NCBI RefSeq assembly: GCF_009914755.1 | Contig: NC_060948.1 | Strand: one strand, 5' to 3' | Length of the DNA stretch: 64,000 nucleotides | DNA from: the human T2T-CHM13v2.0 reference genome, Homo sapiens | Shown: one piece after another, positions 42,101-57,500 of the stretch | Position numbering within the stretch: position 1 is the first letter of the stretch | Layout of the letters: each line of letters starts with the position of its first letter | Notes under the pieces: model-generated | What the model was told of the DNA's origin: nothing | What the model saw: the letters and a program-made list of their open reading frames with translations, nothing else | Databases searched by the model: none | Position numbers and translations under genes: made by a program

Positions 42101-44409
42101 GGAGTTGAGCAGAGTGGAATGCAAAAGAATGAAGTGGATAGGTGTGGAATGGAATGGCGTGGAATGGAGTGGAATAGAATGGAATGGAATCGCATGGAAG
42201 GATATCAAATCCAATGGAATCGAAGGAAAATTATGAATCCAATGGAATCGAAAGGATTCCAAAGGAACGGATTCGAAAGGCATTTAATGGAATGGAAAGG
42301 TATGCAGTGAAGTGGAGTGGAGTGGAGTGGATTGTTTTAGAGTGAAATGGGGTGGATTGGAACACTATGTGGTGGAGTGGAGTTTAGTGGATCGGAGTGG
42401 AGTGCCGTGGAGTGGACTAGAGTGGGGTGGAGTGGAGTGCATTGGAGTGGAATGGAGTGGAGAGGGGTGGAATGGAATGGAATGGCATCAAATCGCATGG
42501 TAATGAATCAAATGGAATCAAATGGAATGAAATAATGGAATCGAAGGCAAACGAATGGAATCGAATTGCACTGATTCTACTGACTTCGAAGAAAATGAAA
42601 TGAAATGCGGTGAAGTGGAGTGGAGTGGAATGTATTAGGGTGGAATGGAATTGAATGGTGTGGAGTGGAGTGGAGTGCCCAGGAGTGGAATGGGAAGAAA
42701 TGGAATTGAACGGAGTGGAGTGGAGTGGAATGGAGGGTAATGGAGTGGAATGGAGTGGAGTGGAGTAGAGTGGAATTGGTTGGAGTGGAATGCAGAGGAC
42801 AGGAGTGGAGTGTGGTGGACTGGAGTGGAGTGGAGTTGAGTGGAATGGATTGGATTGAAATAGAGCGGAGCAGAGTGGAATGGAATTGAATCACATGGTA
42901 CTGAATCAAATCGAATGGAATTAAATCGAATGAAAAAACGGAATCAAAAGCAAACGAATGGAGTCAAACCACATTGGTTAGACTGACATCGAATAATATC
43001 AAAAGAAATGTGGTGAAGGTGAGTGGAGTGTAATGAAATGGGGTGGAATGAAATAGAATGGAGTGGAGTGGAGTGGAGTGGAGTCTACTGGAGTGGAATG
43101 GAATGGAATGGAAAGGAATGGAATAGAATGGAGTGAAGTGCAGTGCAGTGAAATGGAGTGGAAAGGAATGGAATGGAAAGAATTCAATCAAATGGAATCG
43201 AAGTGAATCGAATGTAATGAAATTAAACGCAAAAAATGGAATGAGTAGAATCGAAAAAGATGGTTTCAAATGGCAACAAATAAAATTGAATGGAATGCGG
43301 TGAGGTGGAGGGGATTGGAATGGAGTTGAATGGAATGGGGTGTAATTGAATTGAATGGAGTGTAGTGGAGTGAACTGGAGTTCAATGGAATGGAATGGGC
43401 AGGCATGGAATTGAAAGGCTTGGAGAGGAGTGGAATTGAGAGGAGTGGAATGGAGTAGGGTGGATTGTGGTGGAGAATATTGGAAAAGAGTGGAGTGGAA
43501 TGGAATGGAATGGAGTGGAGTGGAATGGAATGGAATTGAGTGAAGTGGAGTGTAGTGGAATGGAGAGTAATGGAGTGGAGTGGACTGGAGTGGAGTAGAT
43601 TGCAGTGCATTGGACTGTAGGGGATAGAAGTGGCTTGGAGCCCATAGGAGTGGAGTGGAAAGGAATGGAATGGAGTGGAATGGACTGGAACGGAATGGAA
43701 TGGAATGGATTTAAATGGCAGGGAATCAAATCGAATTGAATCATATTGAATCAAGTCGAATCGAGTGGAGGAAAGAAATCGAATGAAATCGAATGGAATG
43801 AATTGAATGGAGTCGAATGTCAACCATGGAATCGAAAGTAATGTGGTAAAGTGGAGTGGAGTGTTATGGAGTGGAATGGAATGGGGTGACATGGGATTGA
43901 ATACAGTGGAGAGGAGTGGAGTGGATTGGGATAGAGTGGAACGGAAAGGGAAGGAATGGAACTGAATGGAGTGGAGTGGAGTGGAGTGGAATGGAATGGA
44001 ATGGAATGGAATGGAATGGAACGGAATGGAGTGGAATGGAATCGAATCACATGGAACTGAATGAAACCGAATTGAATGAAATTGAATGGAGAAAATGGAA
44101 TCAAATGGAATCAAATCGAACGGATTCGAATGTCATTGAATGGAATCGAAAGGAATGCAGTGAGGTGGGGTTGAGTGGAATGGAGTGGAATGGAATGGGA
44201 TGAATGGAATTGAATGGAGGGGAGTGGAATGGAATGGAATGGAAAGGAATGGAATTGAACAAAATGGAGTGTAGTAGAATGGAGTGGATTGGAGTGGAGT
44301 GCAGGGGAGTGCAGTGGAATGAAGAGGAGTGTAGTTGAATGGAATGGAATGTATGGAATGTACTGGAATAGAATGGATAAGAATGGAATGGAATGGAATC
44401 GCATGGAAT

Positions 44410-47400
44410 TGAATAGAATCAAATCGAATTGAATGGAATCAAATGGAAAAAATGGTGTCAAATGGAATCAAATGGCATAGAATCGAACGGTTTTGAATGT
44501 CAGTGAATGGAAACGAATGGAATGCGATGAAGTGGAGCAGAGTGGAGTGGAAAGGAGTGCAATGGAATAGGGTGGAACTGAATTTAATGGAACAGAGTGG
44601 ATTGGAGTGGACTGGAGTGGAATGGAATGGGAAGGAATGGGATCGAAATTAGTGCCGTGCAGTGGAGTGGAGTGGCATGGAGTGGAGTGGAGTGGAATGG
44701 AGTGGAATGGCATGGAGTGGAATGGAGTGGATTGGAATGGAATGGAGTGTAGAGGAATGGAATGGAATGGTATAGAGTGGACAGGAATGGAGTGGAGCGG
44801 ATTGTAATGGAATGGAATGGAATGGAATGGAATGGAACTGAATGGACTGGAATGGAATGGAATAGAATGGAATCACAGTGAATCAAATTGGATTGAATCG
44901 AATCGAATGGAAAAAATGAAATCAAATGAAATTGAATGGAATCGAAATGAATGTAAACAATGAAATCCAATGGAATCCAATGGAATCGAATCAAATGGTT
45001 TTGAATGGCATAAAATGAAATCGCAAGGAAGGCAGTGAATTGGAGTGGAGTGGAATAGAGAGGAATGAATTGGAATGGAGTGGAGCGGAATGGAGTGGAT
45101 TCCAGTGGAGTGGAGTGGATTGGATTGGAATGGAATGGAATAGACTGGATTGGAGTGGTGTAGAGTGCATTGGATTGGAGTGGAGAGGAATGGAGTGGAG
45201 TGAAGTCGAGTTGAGTGGAATGGAATGGAGTTGAGCAGAGTGGAATGCAAAAGAATGAAGTGGATTGGTGTGGAATGGAATGGCGTGGAATGGAGTGGAA
45301 TAGAATGGAATGGAATCGCATGGAAGGATATCAAATCCAATGGAATCGAATGAAAATTATGAATCCAATGGAATCGAAAGGATTCCAAAGGAATGGATTC
45401 GAAAGGCATTTAATGGAATGGAAAGGTATGCAGTGAAGTGGAGTGGAGTGGAGTGGATTGTTTTAGAGTGAAATGGATTGGATTGGAACACTATGTGGTG
45501 GAGTGGAGTGTAGTGGATCGGAGTGGAGTGCCGTGGAGTGGACTAGAGTGGGGTGGAGTGGAGTGCATTGGAGTGGAATGGAGTGGAGTGGGGTGGAATG
45601 GAATGGAATGGCATCAAATGGCATGGTAATGAATCAAATGGAATCAAATGGAATGAAATAATGGAATCGAAGGCAAACGAATGGAATCGAATTGCACTGA
45701 TTCTACTGACTTCGAAGAAAATGAAATGAAATGCGGTGAAGTGGAGTGGAGTGGAATGTATTAGGGTGGAATCGAACTGAATGGTGTGGAGTGGATTGGA
45801 GTGCCCAGGAGTGGAATGGGAAGAAATGGAATTGAACGGAGTGGAGTGGAGTGGAATGGAGGGTAATGGAGTGGAATGGAGTGGAGTGGAGTAGAGTGGA
45901 ATGGGTTGGAGTGGAATGCAGAGGACAGGAGTGGAGTGTGGTGGACTGGAGTGGAGTGGAGTTGTGTGGAGTGGATTGGATTGAAATAGAGCGGAGCAGA
46001 GTGGAATGGAATTGAATCACATGGTACTGAATCAAATCGAATGGAATTAAATCGAATGAAAAAACGGAATCAAAAGCAAACGAATGGAGTCAAACCACAT
46101 TGGTTAGGCTGACATCGAATAATATCAAAAGAAATGTGGTGAACTGGAGTGGAGTGTAATGAAATGGGGTGGAATGAAATTGAATGGAGTGGAGTGGAGT
46201 GGAGTGGAGTCTACTGGAGTGGAATGGAATGGAATGGAAAGGAATGGAATAGAATGGAGTGAAGTGCAGTGCAGTGAAATGGAGTGGAAAGGAATGGAAT
46301 GGAAAGAATTGAATCAAATGGAATCGAAGTGAATCGAATCTAATGAAATTGAACGCAAAAAATGGAATGAGTAGAATCGAAAAAGATGGATTCAAATGGC
46401 AACAAATAAAATTGAATGGAATGCGGTGAGGTGGAGGGGATTGGAATGGAGTTGAATGGAATGGGGTGTAATTGAATTGAATGGAGTGTAGTGGAGTGAA
46501 CTGGAGTTCAATGGAATGGAATGGGCAGGCATGGAATTGAAAGGCTTGGAGTGGAGTGGAATTGAGAGGAGTGGAATGGAGTAGGGTGGATTGTGGTGGA
46601 GAATATTGGAAAAGAGTGGAGTGGAATGGAATGGAATGGAGTGGAGTGGAATGGAATGGAATTGAGTGAAGTGGAGTGTAGTGGAATGGAGAGTAATGGA
46701 GTGGAGTGGACTGGAGTGGAGAAGATTGCAGTGCATTGGACTGTAGGGGATAGAAGTGGCTTGGAGTCCATAGGAGTAGAGTGGAAAGGAATGGAATGGA
46801 GTGGAATGGACTGGAACGGAATGGAATGGAATGGATTTAAATGGCAGGGAATCAAATCGAATTGAATCATATTGAATCAAATCGAATAGAGTGGAGGAAA
46901 GAAATCGAATGAAATCGAATGGAATGAATTGAATGGAGTCGAATGTCAACCATGGAATCGAAAGTAATGTGGTAAAGTGGAGTGCAGTGTTATGGAGTGG
47001 AATGGAATGGGGTGACATGGGATTGAATACAGTGGAGAGGAGTGGAGTGGATTGGGCTAGAGTGGAACGGAAAGGGAAGGAATGGAACTGAATGGAGTGG
47101 AGTGGAATGGAGTGGAATGGAATGGAATGGAATGGAATGGAATGGAACGGAATGGAGTGGAATCGAATCGAATCACATGGAACTGAATGAAACCGAATTG
47201 AATGAAATTGAATGGAGAAAATGGAATCAAATGGAATCAAATCGAACGGATTCGAATGTCATTGAATGGAATCGAAAGAAATGCAGTGAGGTGGGGTTGA
47301 GTGGAATGGAGTGGAATGGAATGGGATGAATGGAATTGAATGGAGGGGAGTGGAATGGAATGGAATGGAAAGGAATGGAATTGAACAAAATGGAGTGTAG

Positions 47401-50400
47401 TAGAATGGAGTGGATTGGAGTGGAGTGCTGGGGAGTGCAGTGGAATGAAGAGGAGTGTAGTTGAATGGAATGGAATGTATGGAATGTACTGGAATAGAAT
47501 GGATAAGAATGGAATGGAATGGAATCGCACGGAATTGAATAGAATCAAATCAATTGAATAGAATCAAATGTAAAAAATGGAGTCAAATGGAATCGAATGG
47601 CATAGAATCGAACGGTTTTGAATGTCAGTGAATGGAAACGAATGGAACTCGGTGAAGTGGAGCAGAGTGGAGTGGAAAGGAGTGCAATGGAATAGGGTGG
47701 AACTGAATTTAATGGAACAGAGTGGATTGGAGTGGACTGGAGTGGAATGGAATGGGAAGGAATGGGATTGAAATTAGTGGCGTGCAGTGGAGTGGAGTGG
47801 CATGGAGTGGAGTGGAGTGGAATGGAGTGGAATGGAATGGAGTGGAATGGAGTGGATTGGAATGGAATGGAGTGCAGAGGAATGGAATGGAATGGTATAG
47901 AGTGGACAGGAATGGAGTGGAGCGGATTGGAATGGAATGGAATGGAATGGAACTGAATGGACTGGAATGGAATGGAATAGAATGGAATCACAAGGAATCA
48001 AATTGGATTGAATCGAATCGAATGGAAAAATGAAATCAAATGAAATTGAATGGAATCGAAATGAATGTAAACAATGGAATCCAAAGGTATCAAATGGAAT
48101 GGAATCAAATGGTTTTGAATGGCGTAAAATGAAATCGCAAGGAAGGCAGTGAATTGGAGTGGAGTGGAATAGAGAGGAATGAATTGGAATGGAGTGGGGT
48201 GGAATGGAGTGGATTCCAGTGGACTGGAGTGGATTTGATTTTAATGGAATGGAATAGACTGGATTGGAGTGGTGTAGAGTGCAGTGGATTGGAGTGGAGA
48301 GGAATGGAGTGGAGTGAAGTCGAGTTGAGTGGAATGGAATGGAGTGGAGCAGAGTGGAATACAAAAGAATGAAGTGGATTGGTGTTGAATGGAATGGCGT
48401 GGAATGGAGTGGAATAGAATGGAGTGGAATTGCATGGAAGGATATCAAATCCAATGGAATCGAACGAAAATTATGAATCCAATGGAATCGAAAGGATTCC
48501 AAAGGAACGGATTCGAAAGGCATTTAATGGAATGGAAAGGTATGCAGTGAAGTGGAGTGGAGTGGAGTGGATTGTTTTAGAGTGAAATGGGGTGGATTGG
48601 AACACTATGTGGTGGAGTGGAGTGTAGTGGATCGGAGTGGAGTGCCGTGGAGTGGACTAGAGTGGGGTGGAGTGGAGTGCATTGGAGTGGAATGGAGTGG
48701 AGTGGGGTGGAATGGAATGGAATGGCATCAAATGGCATGGTAATGAATCAAATTGAATCAAATGGAATGAAATAATGGAATCGAAGGCAAACGAATGGAA
48801 TCGAATTGCACTGATTCTACTGACTTCGAAGAAAATGAAATGAAATGTGGTGAAGTGGAGTGGAGTGGAATGTATTAGGGTGGAATGGAATTGAATGGTG
48901 TGGAGTGGAGTGGAGTGCCCAGGAGTGGAATGGGAAGAAATGGAATTGAACGGAGTGGAGTGGAGTGGAATGGAGGGTAATGGAGTGGAATGGAGTGGAG
49001 TGGAGTAGAGTGGAATGGGTTGGAGTGTAATGCAGAGGACAGGAGTGGAGTGTGGTGGACTGGAGTGGAGTGGAGTTGAGTGGAGTGGATTGGATTGAAA
49101 TAGAGCGGAGCAGAGTGGAATGGAATTGAATCACATGGTACTGAATCAAATCGAATGGAATTAAATCGAATGAGAAAACGGAATCAAAAGCAAACGAATG
49201 GAGTCAAACCACATTGGTTAGACTGACATCGAATAATATCAAAAGAAATGTGGTGAAGGTGAGTGGAGTGTAATGAAATGGGGTGGAATGAAATAGAATG
49301 GAGTGGAGTGGAGTGGAGTGGAGTCTACTGGAGTGGAATGGAATGGAATGGAAAGGAATGGAATAGAATGGAGTGAAGTGCAGTGCAGTGAAATGGAGTG
49401 GAAAGGAATGGAATGGAAAGAATTGAATCAAATGGAATCGAAGTGAATCGAATGTAATGAAATTGAACGCAAAAAATGGAATGAGTAGAATCGAAAAAGA
49501 TGGTTTCAAATGGCAACAAATAAAATTGAATGGAATGCGGTGAGGTGGAGGGGATTGGAATGGAGTTGAATGGAATGGGGTGTAATTGAATTGAATGGAG
49601 TGTAGTGGAGTGAACTGGAGTTCAATGGAATGGAATGGGCAGGCATGGAATTGAAAGGCTTGGAGTGGAGTGGAATTGAGAGGAGTGGAATGGAGTAGGG
49701 TGGATTGTGGTGGAGAATATTGGAAAAGAGTGGAGTGGAATGGAATGGAATGGAGTGGAGTGGAATGGAATGGAATTGAGTGAAGTGGAGTGTAGTGGAA
49801 TGGAGAGTAATGGAGTGGAGTGGACTGGATTGGAGTAGATTGCAGTGCATTGGACTGTAGGGGATAGAAGTGGCTTGGAGCCCATAGGAGTGGAGTGGAA
49901 AGGAATGGAATGGAGTGGAATGGACTGGAACGGAATGGAATGGAATGGATTTAAATGGCAGGGAATCAAATCGAATTGAATCATATTGAATCAAGTCGAA
50001 TCGAGTGGAGGAAAGAAATCGAATGAAATCGAATGGAATGAATTGAATGGAGTCGAATGTCAACCATGGAATCGAAAGTAATGTGGTAAAGTGGAGTGGA
50101 GTGTTATGGAGTGGAATGGAATGGGGTGACATGGGATTGAATACAGTGGAGAGGAGTGGAGTGGATTGGGCTAGAGTGGAACGGAAAGGGAAGGAATGGA
50201 ACTGAATGGAGTGGAGTGGAATGGAGTGGAATGGAATGGAATGGAATGGAATGGAATGGAATGGAACGGAATGGAGTGGAATGGAATCGAATGACATGGA
50301 ACTGAATGAAACCGAATTGAATGAAATTGAATGGAGAAAATGGAATCAAATGGAATCAAATCGAACGGATTCGAATGTCATTGAATGGAATCGAAAGAAA

Positions 50401-51570
50401 TGCAGTGAGGTGGGGTTGAGTGGAATGGGATGAATGGAATTGAATGGAGGGGAGTGCAATGGAATGGAATGGAAAGGAATGGAATTGAACAAAATGGAGT
50501 GTAGTAGAATGGAGTGGATTGGAGTGGAGTGCAGGGGAGTGCAGTGGAATGAAGAGGAGTGTAGTTGAATGGAATGGAATGTATGGAATGTACTGGAATA
50601 GAATGGATAAGAATGGAATGGAATGGAATCGCACGGAATTGAATAGAATCAAATCAATTGAATAGAATCAAATGGAAAAAATGGAGTCAAATGGAATCGA
50701 ATGGCATAGAATCGAACGGTTTTGAATGTCAGTGAATGGAAACGAATGGAATGCGTTGAAATGGAGCAGAGTGGAGTGGAAAGGAGTGCAATGGAATAGG
50801 GTGGAACTGAATTTAATGGAACAGAGTGGATTGGAGTGGACTGGAGTGGAATGGAATGGGAAGGAATGGGATTGAAATTAGTGGCGTTCAGTGGAGTGGA
50901 GTGGCATGGAGTGGAGTGGAGTGGAATGGAGTGGAATGGAATGGAGTGGAATGGAGTGGATTGGAATGGAATGGAGTGCAGAGGAATGGAATGGAATGGT
51001 ATAGAGTGGACAGGAATGGAGTGGAGCGGATTGGAATGGAATGGAATGGAATGGAACTGAATGGACTGGAATGGAATGGAATAGAACGGAATCACAGGGA
51101 ATCAAATTGGATTGAATCGAATCGAATGGAAAAAATGAAATCAAATGAAATTGAATGGAATCGAAATGAATGTAAACAATGGAATCCAAAGGTATCAAAT
51201 GGAATGGAATCAAATGGTTTTGAATGGCGTAAAATGAAATCGCAAGGAAGGCAGTGAATTGGAGTGGAGTGGAATAGAGAGGAATGAATTGGAATGGAGT
51301 GGAGTGGAATGGAGTGGATTCCAGTGGACTGGAGTGGATTTGATTTTAATGGAATGGAATAGACTGGATTGGAGTGGTGTAGAGTGCAGTGGATTGGAGT
51401 GGAGAGGAATGGAGTGGAGTGAAGTCGAGTTGAGTGGAATGGAATGGAGTGGAGCAGAGTGGAATACAAAAGAATGAAGTGGATTGGTGTGGAATGGAAT
51501 GGCGTGGAATGGAGTGGAATAGAATGGAATGGAATTGCATGGAAGGATATCAAATCCAATGGAATCGAAC
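44410..51570. repeat. ~7 kb block (copy 2) of the 12.47-kb-offset duplication
   Basis: Carries the same private variants as 31950-39100. ORF pairs are 32008/44468, 33233/45703, 36347/48817 and 38184/50649. Boundaries are approximate. Confidence 0.85.
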
Positions 51571-54500
51571 GAAAATTATGAATCCAATGGAATCGAAAGG
51601 ATTCCAAAGGAACGGATTCGAAAGGCATTTAATGGAATGGAAAGGTATGCAGTGAAGTGGAGTGGAGTGGAGTGGATTGTTTTAGAGTGAAATGGGGTGG
51701 ATTGGAACACTATGTGGTGGAGTGGAGTGTAGTGGATCGGAGTGGAGTGCCGTGGAGTGGACTAGAGTGGGGTGGAGTGGAGTGCATTGGAGTGGAATGG
51801 AGTGGAGTGGGGTGGAATGGAATGGAATGGCATCAAATCGCATGGTAATGAATCAAATGGAATCAAATGGAATGAAATAATGGAATTGAAGGCAAACGAA
51901 TGGAATCGAATTGCACTGATTCTACTGACTTCGAAGAAAATGAAATGAAATGCGGTGAAGTGGAGTGGAGTGGAATGTATTAGGGTGGAATGGAATTGAA
52001 TGGTGTGGAGTGTAGTGGAGTGCCCAGGAGTGGAATGGGAAGAAATGGAATTGAACGGAGTGGAGTGGAGTGGAATGGAGGGTAATGGAGTGGAATGGAG
52101 TGGAGTGGAGTAGAGTGGAATGGGTTGGAGTGGAATGCAGAGGACAGGAGTGGAGTGTGGTGGACTGGAGTGGAGTGGAGTTGAGTGGAGTGGATTGGAT
52201 TGAAATAGAGCGGAGCAGAGTGGAATGGAATTGAATCACATGGTACTGAATCAAATCGAATGGAATTAAATCGAATGAAAAAACGGAATCAAAAGCAAAC
52301 GAATGGAGTCAAACCACATTGGTTAGACTGACATCGAATAATATCAAAAGAAATGTGGTGAAGTGGAGTGGAGTGTAATGAAATGGGGTGGAATGAAATT
52401 GAATGGAGTGGAGTGGAGTGGAGTCTACTGGAGTGGAATGGAAGGGAATGGAAAGGAATGGAATAGAATGCAGTGAAGTGCAGTGCAGTGAAATGGAGTG
52501 GAAAGGAATGGAATGGAAAGAATTGAATCAAATGGAATCGAAGTGAATCGAATCTAATGAAATTCAACGCAAAAAATGGAATGAGTAGAATCGAAAAAGA
52601 TGGTTTCATATGGCAACAAATAAAATTGAATTGAATGCGGTGAGGTGGAGGGGATTGGAATGGAGTTGAATGGAATGGGGTGTAATTGAATTGAATGGAG
52701 TGGAGTGGAGTGAACTGGAGTGCAATGGAATGGAATGGCCAGGCATGGAATTGAAAGGCGTGGAGTGGAGTGGAATTGAGAGGAGTGGAATGGAGTAGGG
52801 TGGATTGTGGTGGAGAATATTGGAAAAGAGTGGAGTGGAATGGAATGGAATGGAGTGGAGTGGAATGGAATGGAATTGAGTGAAGTGGAGTGTAGTGGAA
52901 TGGAGTGTAATGGAGTGGAGTGGACTGGAGTGGAGTAGATTGCAGTGCATTGGACTGTAGGGGATAGAAGTGGCTTGGAGTCCATAGGAGTGGAGTGGAA
53001 TGGAATGGAATGGAGTGGAATGGACTGGAACGGAATGGAATGGAATGGATTTAAATGGCAGGGAATCAAATCGAATTGAATCATATTGAATCAAGTCGAA
53101 TCGATTGGAGGAAAGAAATCGAATGAAATCGAATGGAATGAATTGAATGGAGTCGAATGTCAACCATGGAATCGGAAGTAATGTGGTAAAGTGGAGTGGA
53201 GTGTTATGGAGTGGAATGGAATGGGGTGACATGGAATTGAATACAGTGGAGAGGAGTGGAGTGGATTGGGCTAGAGTGGAACGGAAAGGGAAGGAATGGA
53301 ACTGAATGGAGTGGAGTGGAATGGAGTGGAATGGAATGGAATGGAATGGAATGGAATGGAGTGGAATGGAATCGAATCACATGGAACTGAATGAAACCAA
53401 ATTGAATGAAATTGAATGGAGAAAATGGAATCAAATGGAATCAAATCGAACGAATTCGAATGTCATTGAATGGAATCGAAAGGAATGCAGTGAGGTGGGG
53501 TTGAGTGGAATGGAGTGGAATGGAATGGGATGAATGGAATTGAATGGAGGAGAGTGGAATGGAATGGAATGGAAAGGAATGGAATTGAACAAAATTGAGT
53601 GTAATAGAATGGAGTGGATTGGAGTGGAGTGCAGGGGAGTGCAGTGGAATGAAGAGGAGTGTAGTTGAATGGAATGGAATGTATGGAATGTACTGGAATA
53701 GAATGGATAAGAATGGAATGGAATGGAATCGCATGGAATTGAATAGAATCAAATCGAATTGAATAGAATCAAATGGAAAAAATGGAGTCAAATGGAATCG
53801 AATGGCATAGAATCGAACTGTTTTGAATGGCAGTGAATGGAAACGAATGGAATGCGATGAAGTGGAGCAGAGTGGAGTTGAAAGGAGTGCAATGGAATAG
53901 GGCGGAACTGAATTTAATGGAACAGAGTGGATTGGAGTGGACTGGAGTGGAATGGAATGGGAAGGAATGGGTTTGAAATTAGTGGCGTGCAGTGGAGTGG
54001 AGTGGCATGGAGTGGAGTGGAGTGGAATGGATTGGAATGCAATGGAGTGGAATGGAGTGGATTGGAATGGAATGGAGTGCAGAGGAATGGAATGGAATGG
54101 TATAGAGTGGACAGGAATGGAGTGGAGCGGATTGTAATGGAATGCAATGGAATGGAATGGTATGGAACTGAATGGACTGGAATGGAATGGAATAGAATGG
54201 AATCACAGGGAATCAAATTGGATTGAATCGAATCGAATGGAAAAAATGAAATCAAATGAAATTGAATGGAATCGAAATGAATGTAAACAATGGAATCCAA
54301 TGGAATCCAATGGAATCGAATCAAATGGTTTTGAATGGCATAAAATGAAATTGCAAGGAAGGCAGTGAATTGGAGTGGAGTGGAATAGAGAGGAATTAAT
54401 TGGAATGGAGTGGAGCGGAATGGAGTGGATTCCAGTGGAGTGGAGTGGATTGGATTGGAATGGAATGGAATAGACTGGATTGGAGTGGTGTAGAGTGCAG

Positions 54501-57500
54501 TGGATTGGAGTGGAGAGGAATGGAGTGGAGTGAAGTCGAGTTGAATGGAATGGAATGGAGTGGAGCAGAGTGGAATGCAAAAGAATGAAGTGGATTGGTG
54601 TGGAATGGAATGGCGTGGAATGGAGTGGAATAGAATGGAATGGAATCGCATGGAAGGATATCAAATCCAATGGAATCGAAGGAAAATTATGAATCCAATG
54701 GAATCGAAAGGATTCCAAAGGAACGGATTCGAAAGGCATTTAATGGAATGGAAAGGTATGCAGTGAAGTGGAGTGGAGTGGAGTGGATTGGTTTAGAGTG
54801 AAATGGGGTGGATTGGAACACTATGTGGTGGAGTGGAGTGTAGTGGATCGGAGTGGAGTGCCGTGGAGTGGACTAGAGTGGGGTGGAGTGGAGTGCATTG
54901 GAGTGGAATGGAGTGGAGTGGGGTGGAATGGAATGGAATGGCATCAAATCGCATGGTAATGAATCAAATGGAATCAAATGGAATGAAATAATGGAATCGA
55001 AGGCAAACGAATGGAATCGAATTGCACTGATTCTACTGACTTCGAAGAAAATGAAATGAAATGCGGTGAAGTGGAGTGGAGTGGAATATATTAGGGTGGA
55101 ATGGAATTGAATGGTGTGGAGTGGATTGGAGTGTCCAGGAGTGGAATGGGAAGAAATGGAATTGAACGGAGTGGAGTGGAGTGGAATGGAGGGTAATGGA
55201 GTGGAATGGAGTGGAGTGGAGTAGAGTGGAATGGGTTGGAGTGGAATGCAGAGGACAGGAGTGGAGTGTGGTGGACTGGAGTGGAGTGGAGTTGAGTGGA
55301 GTGGATTGGATTGAAATAGAGCGGAGCAGAGTGGAATGGAATTGAATGACATGGTACTGAATCAAATCGAATGGAATTAAATCGAATGAGAAAACGGAAT
55401 CAAAAGCAAACGAATGGAGTCAAACCACATTGGTTAGACTGACATCGAATAATATCAAAAGAAATGTGATGAAGGTGAGTGGAGTGTAATGAAATGGGGT
55501 GGAATGAAATAGAATGGAGTGGAGTGGAGTGGAGTGGAGTCTACTGGAGTGGAATGGAATGGAATGGAAAGGAATGGAATAGAATGGAGTGAAGTGCAGT
55601 GCAGTGAAATGGAGTGGAAAGGAATGGAATGGAAAGAATTGAATCAAATGGAATCGAAGTGAATCGAATGTAATGAAATTGAACGCAAAAAATGGAATGA
55701 GTAGAATCGAAAAAGATGGTTTCAAATGGCAACAAATAAAATTGAATGGAATGCGGTGAGGTGGAGGGGATTGGAATGGAGTTGAATGGAATGGGGTGTA
55801 ATTGAATTGAATGGAGTGTAGTGGAGTGAACTGGAGTTCAATGGAATGGAATGGGCAGGCATGGAATTGAAAGGCTTGGAGTGGAGTGGAATTGAGAGGA
55901 GTGGAATGGAGTAGGGTGGATTGTGGTGGAGAATATTGGAAAAGAGTGGAGTGGAATGGAATGGAATGGAGTGGAGTGGAATGGAATGGAATTGAGTGAA
56001 GTGGAGTGTAGTGGAATGGAGAGTAATGGAGTGGAGTGGACTGGATTGGAGTAGATTGCAGTGCATTGGACTGTAGGGGATAGAAGTGGCTTGGAGCCCA
56101 TAGGAGTGGAGTGGAAAGGAATGGAATGGAGTGGAATGGACTGGAACGGAATGGAATGGAATGGATTTAAATGGCAGGGAATCAAATCGAATTGAATCAT
56201 ATTGAATCAAGTCGAATCGAGTGGAGGAAAGAAATCGAATGAAATCGAATGGAATGAATTGAATGGAGTCGAATGTCAACCATGGAATCGAAAGTAATGT
56301 GGTAAAGTGGAGTGGAGTGTTATGGAGTGGAATGGAATGGGGTGACATGGGATTGAATACAGTGGAGAGGAGTGGAGTGGATTGGGCTAGAGTGGAACGG
56401 AAAGGGAAGGAATGGAACTGAATGGAGTGGAGTGGAATGGAGTGGAATGGAATGGAATGGAATGGAATGGAATGGAATGGAACGGAATGGAGTGGAATGG
56501 AATCGAATGACATGGAACTGAATGAAACCGAATTGAATGAAATTGAATGGAGAAAATGGAATCAAATGGAATCAAATCGAACGGATTCGAATGTCATTGA
56601 ATGGAATCGAAAGAAATGCAGTGAGGTGGGGTTGAGTGGAATGGGATGAATGGAATTGAATGGAGGGGAGTGCAATGGAATGGAATGGAAAGGAATGGAA
56701 TTGAACAAAATGGAGTGTAGTAGAATGGAGTGGATTGGAGTGGAGTGCAGGGGAGTGCAGTGGAATGAAGAGGAGTGTAGTTGAATGGAATGGAATGTAT
56801 GGAATGTACTGGAATAGAATGGATAAGAATGGAATGGAATGGAATCGCACGGAATTGAATAGAATCAAATCAATTGAATAGAATCAAATGGAAAAAATGG
56901 AGTCAAATGGAATCGAATGGCATAGAATCGAACGGTTTTGAATGTCAGTGAATGGAAACGAATGGAATGCGTTGAAATGGAGCAGAGTGGAGTGGAAAGG
57001 AGTGCAATGGAATAGGGTGGAACTGAATTTAATGGAACAGAGTGGATTGGAGTGGACTGGAGTGGAATGGAATGGGAAGGAATGGGATTGAAATTAGTGG
57101 CGTTCAGTGGAGTGGAGTGGCATGGAGTGGAGTGGAGTGGAATGGAGTGGAATGGAATGGAGTGGAATGGAGTGGATTGGAATGGAATGGAGTGCAGAGG
57201 AATGGAATGGAATGGTATAGAGTGGACAGGAATGGAGTGGAGCGGATTGGAATGGAATGGAATGGAATGGAACTGAATGGACTGGAATGGAATGGAATAG
57301 AACGGAATCACAGGGAATCAAATTGGATTGAATCGAATCGAATGGAAAAAATGAAATCAAATGAAATTGAATGGAATCGAAATGAATGTAAACAATGGAA
57401 TCCAAAGGTATCAAATGGAATGGAATCAAATGGTTTTGAATGGCGTAAAATGAAATCGCAAGGAAGGCAGTGAATTGGAGTGGAGTGGAATAGAGAGGAA

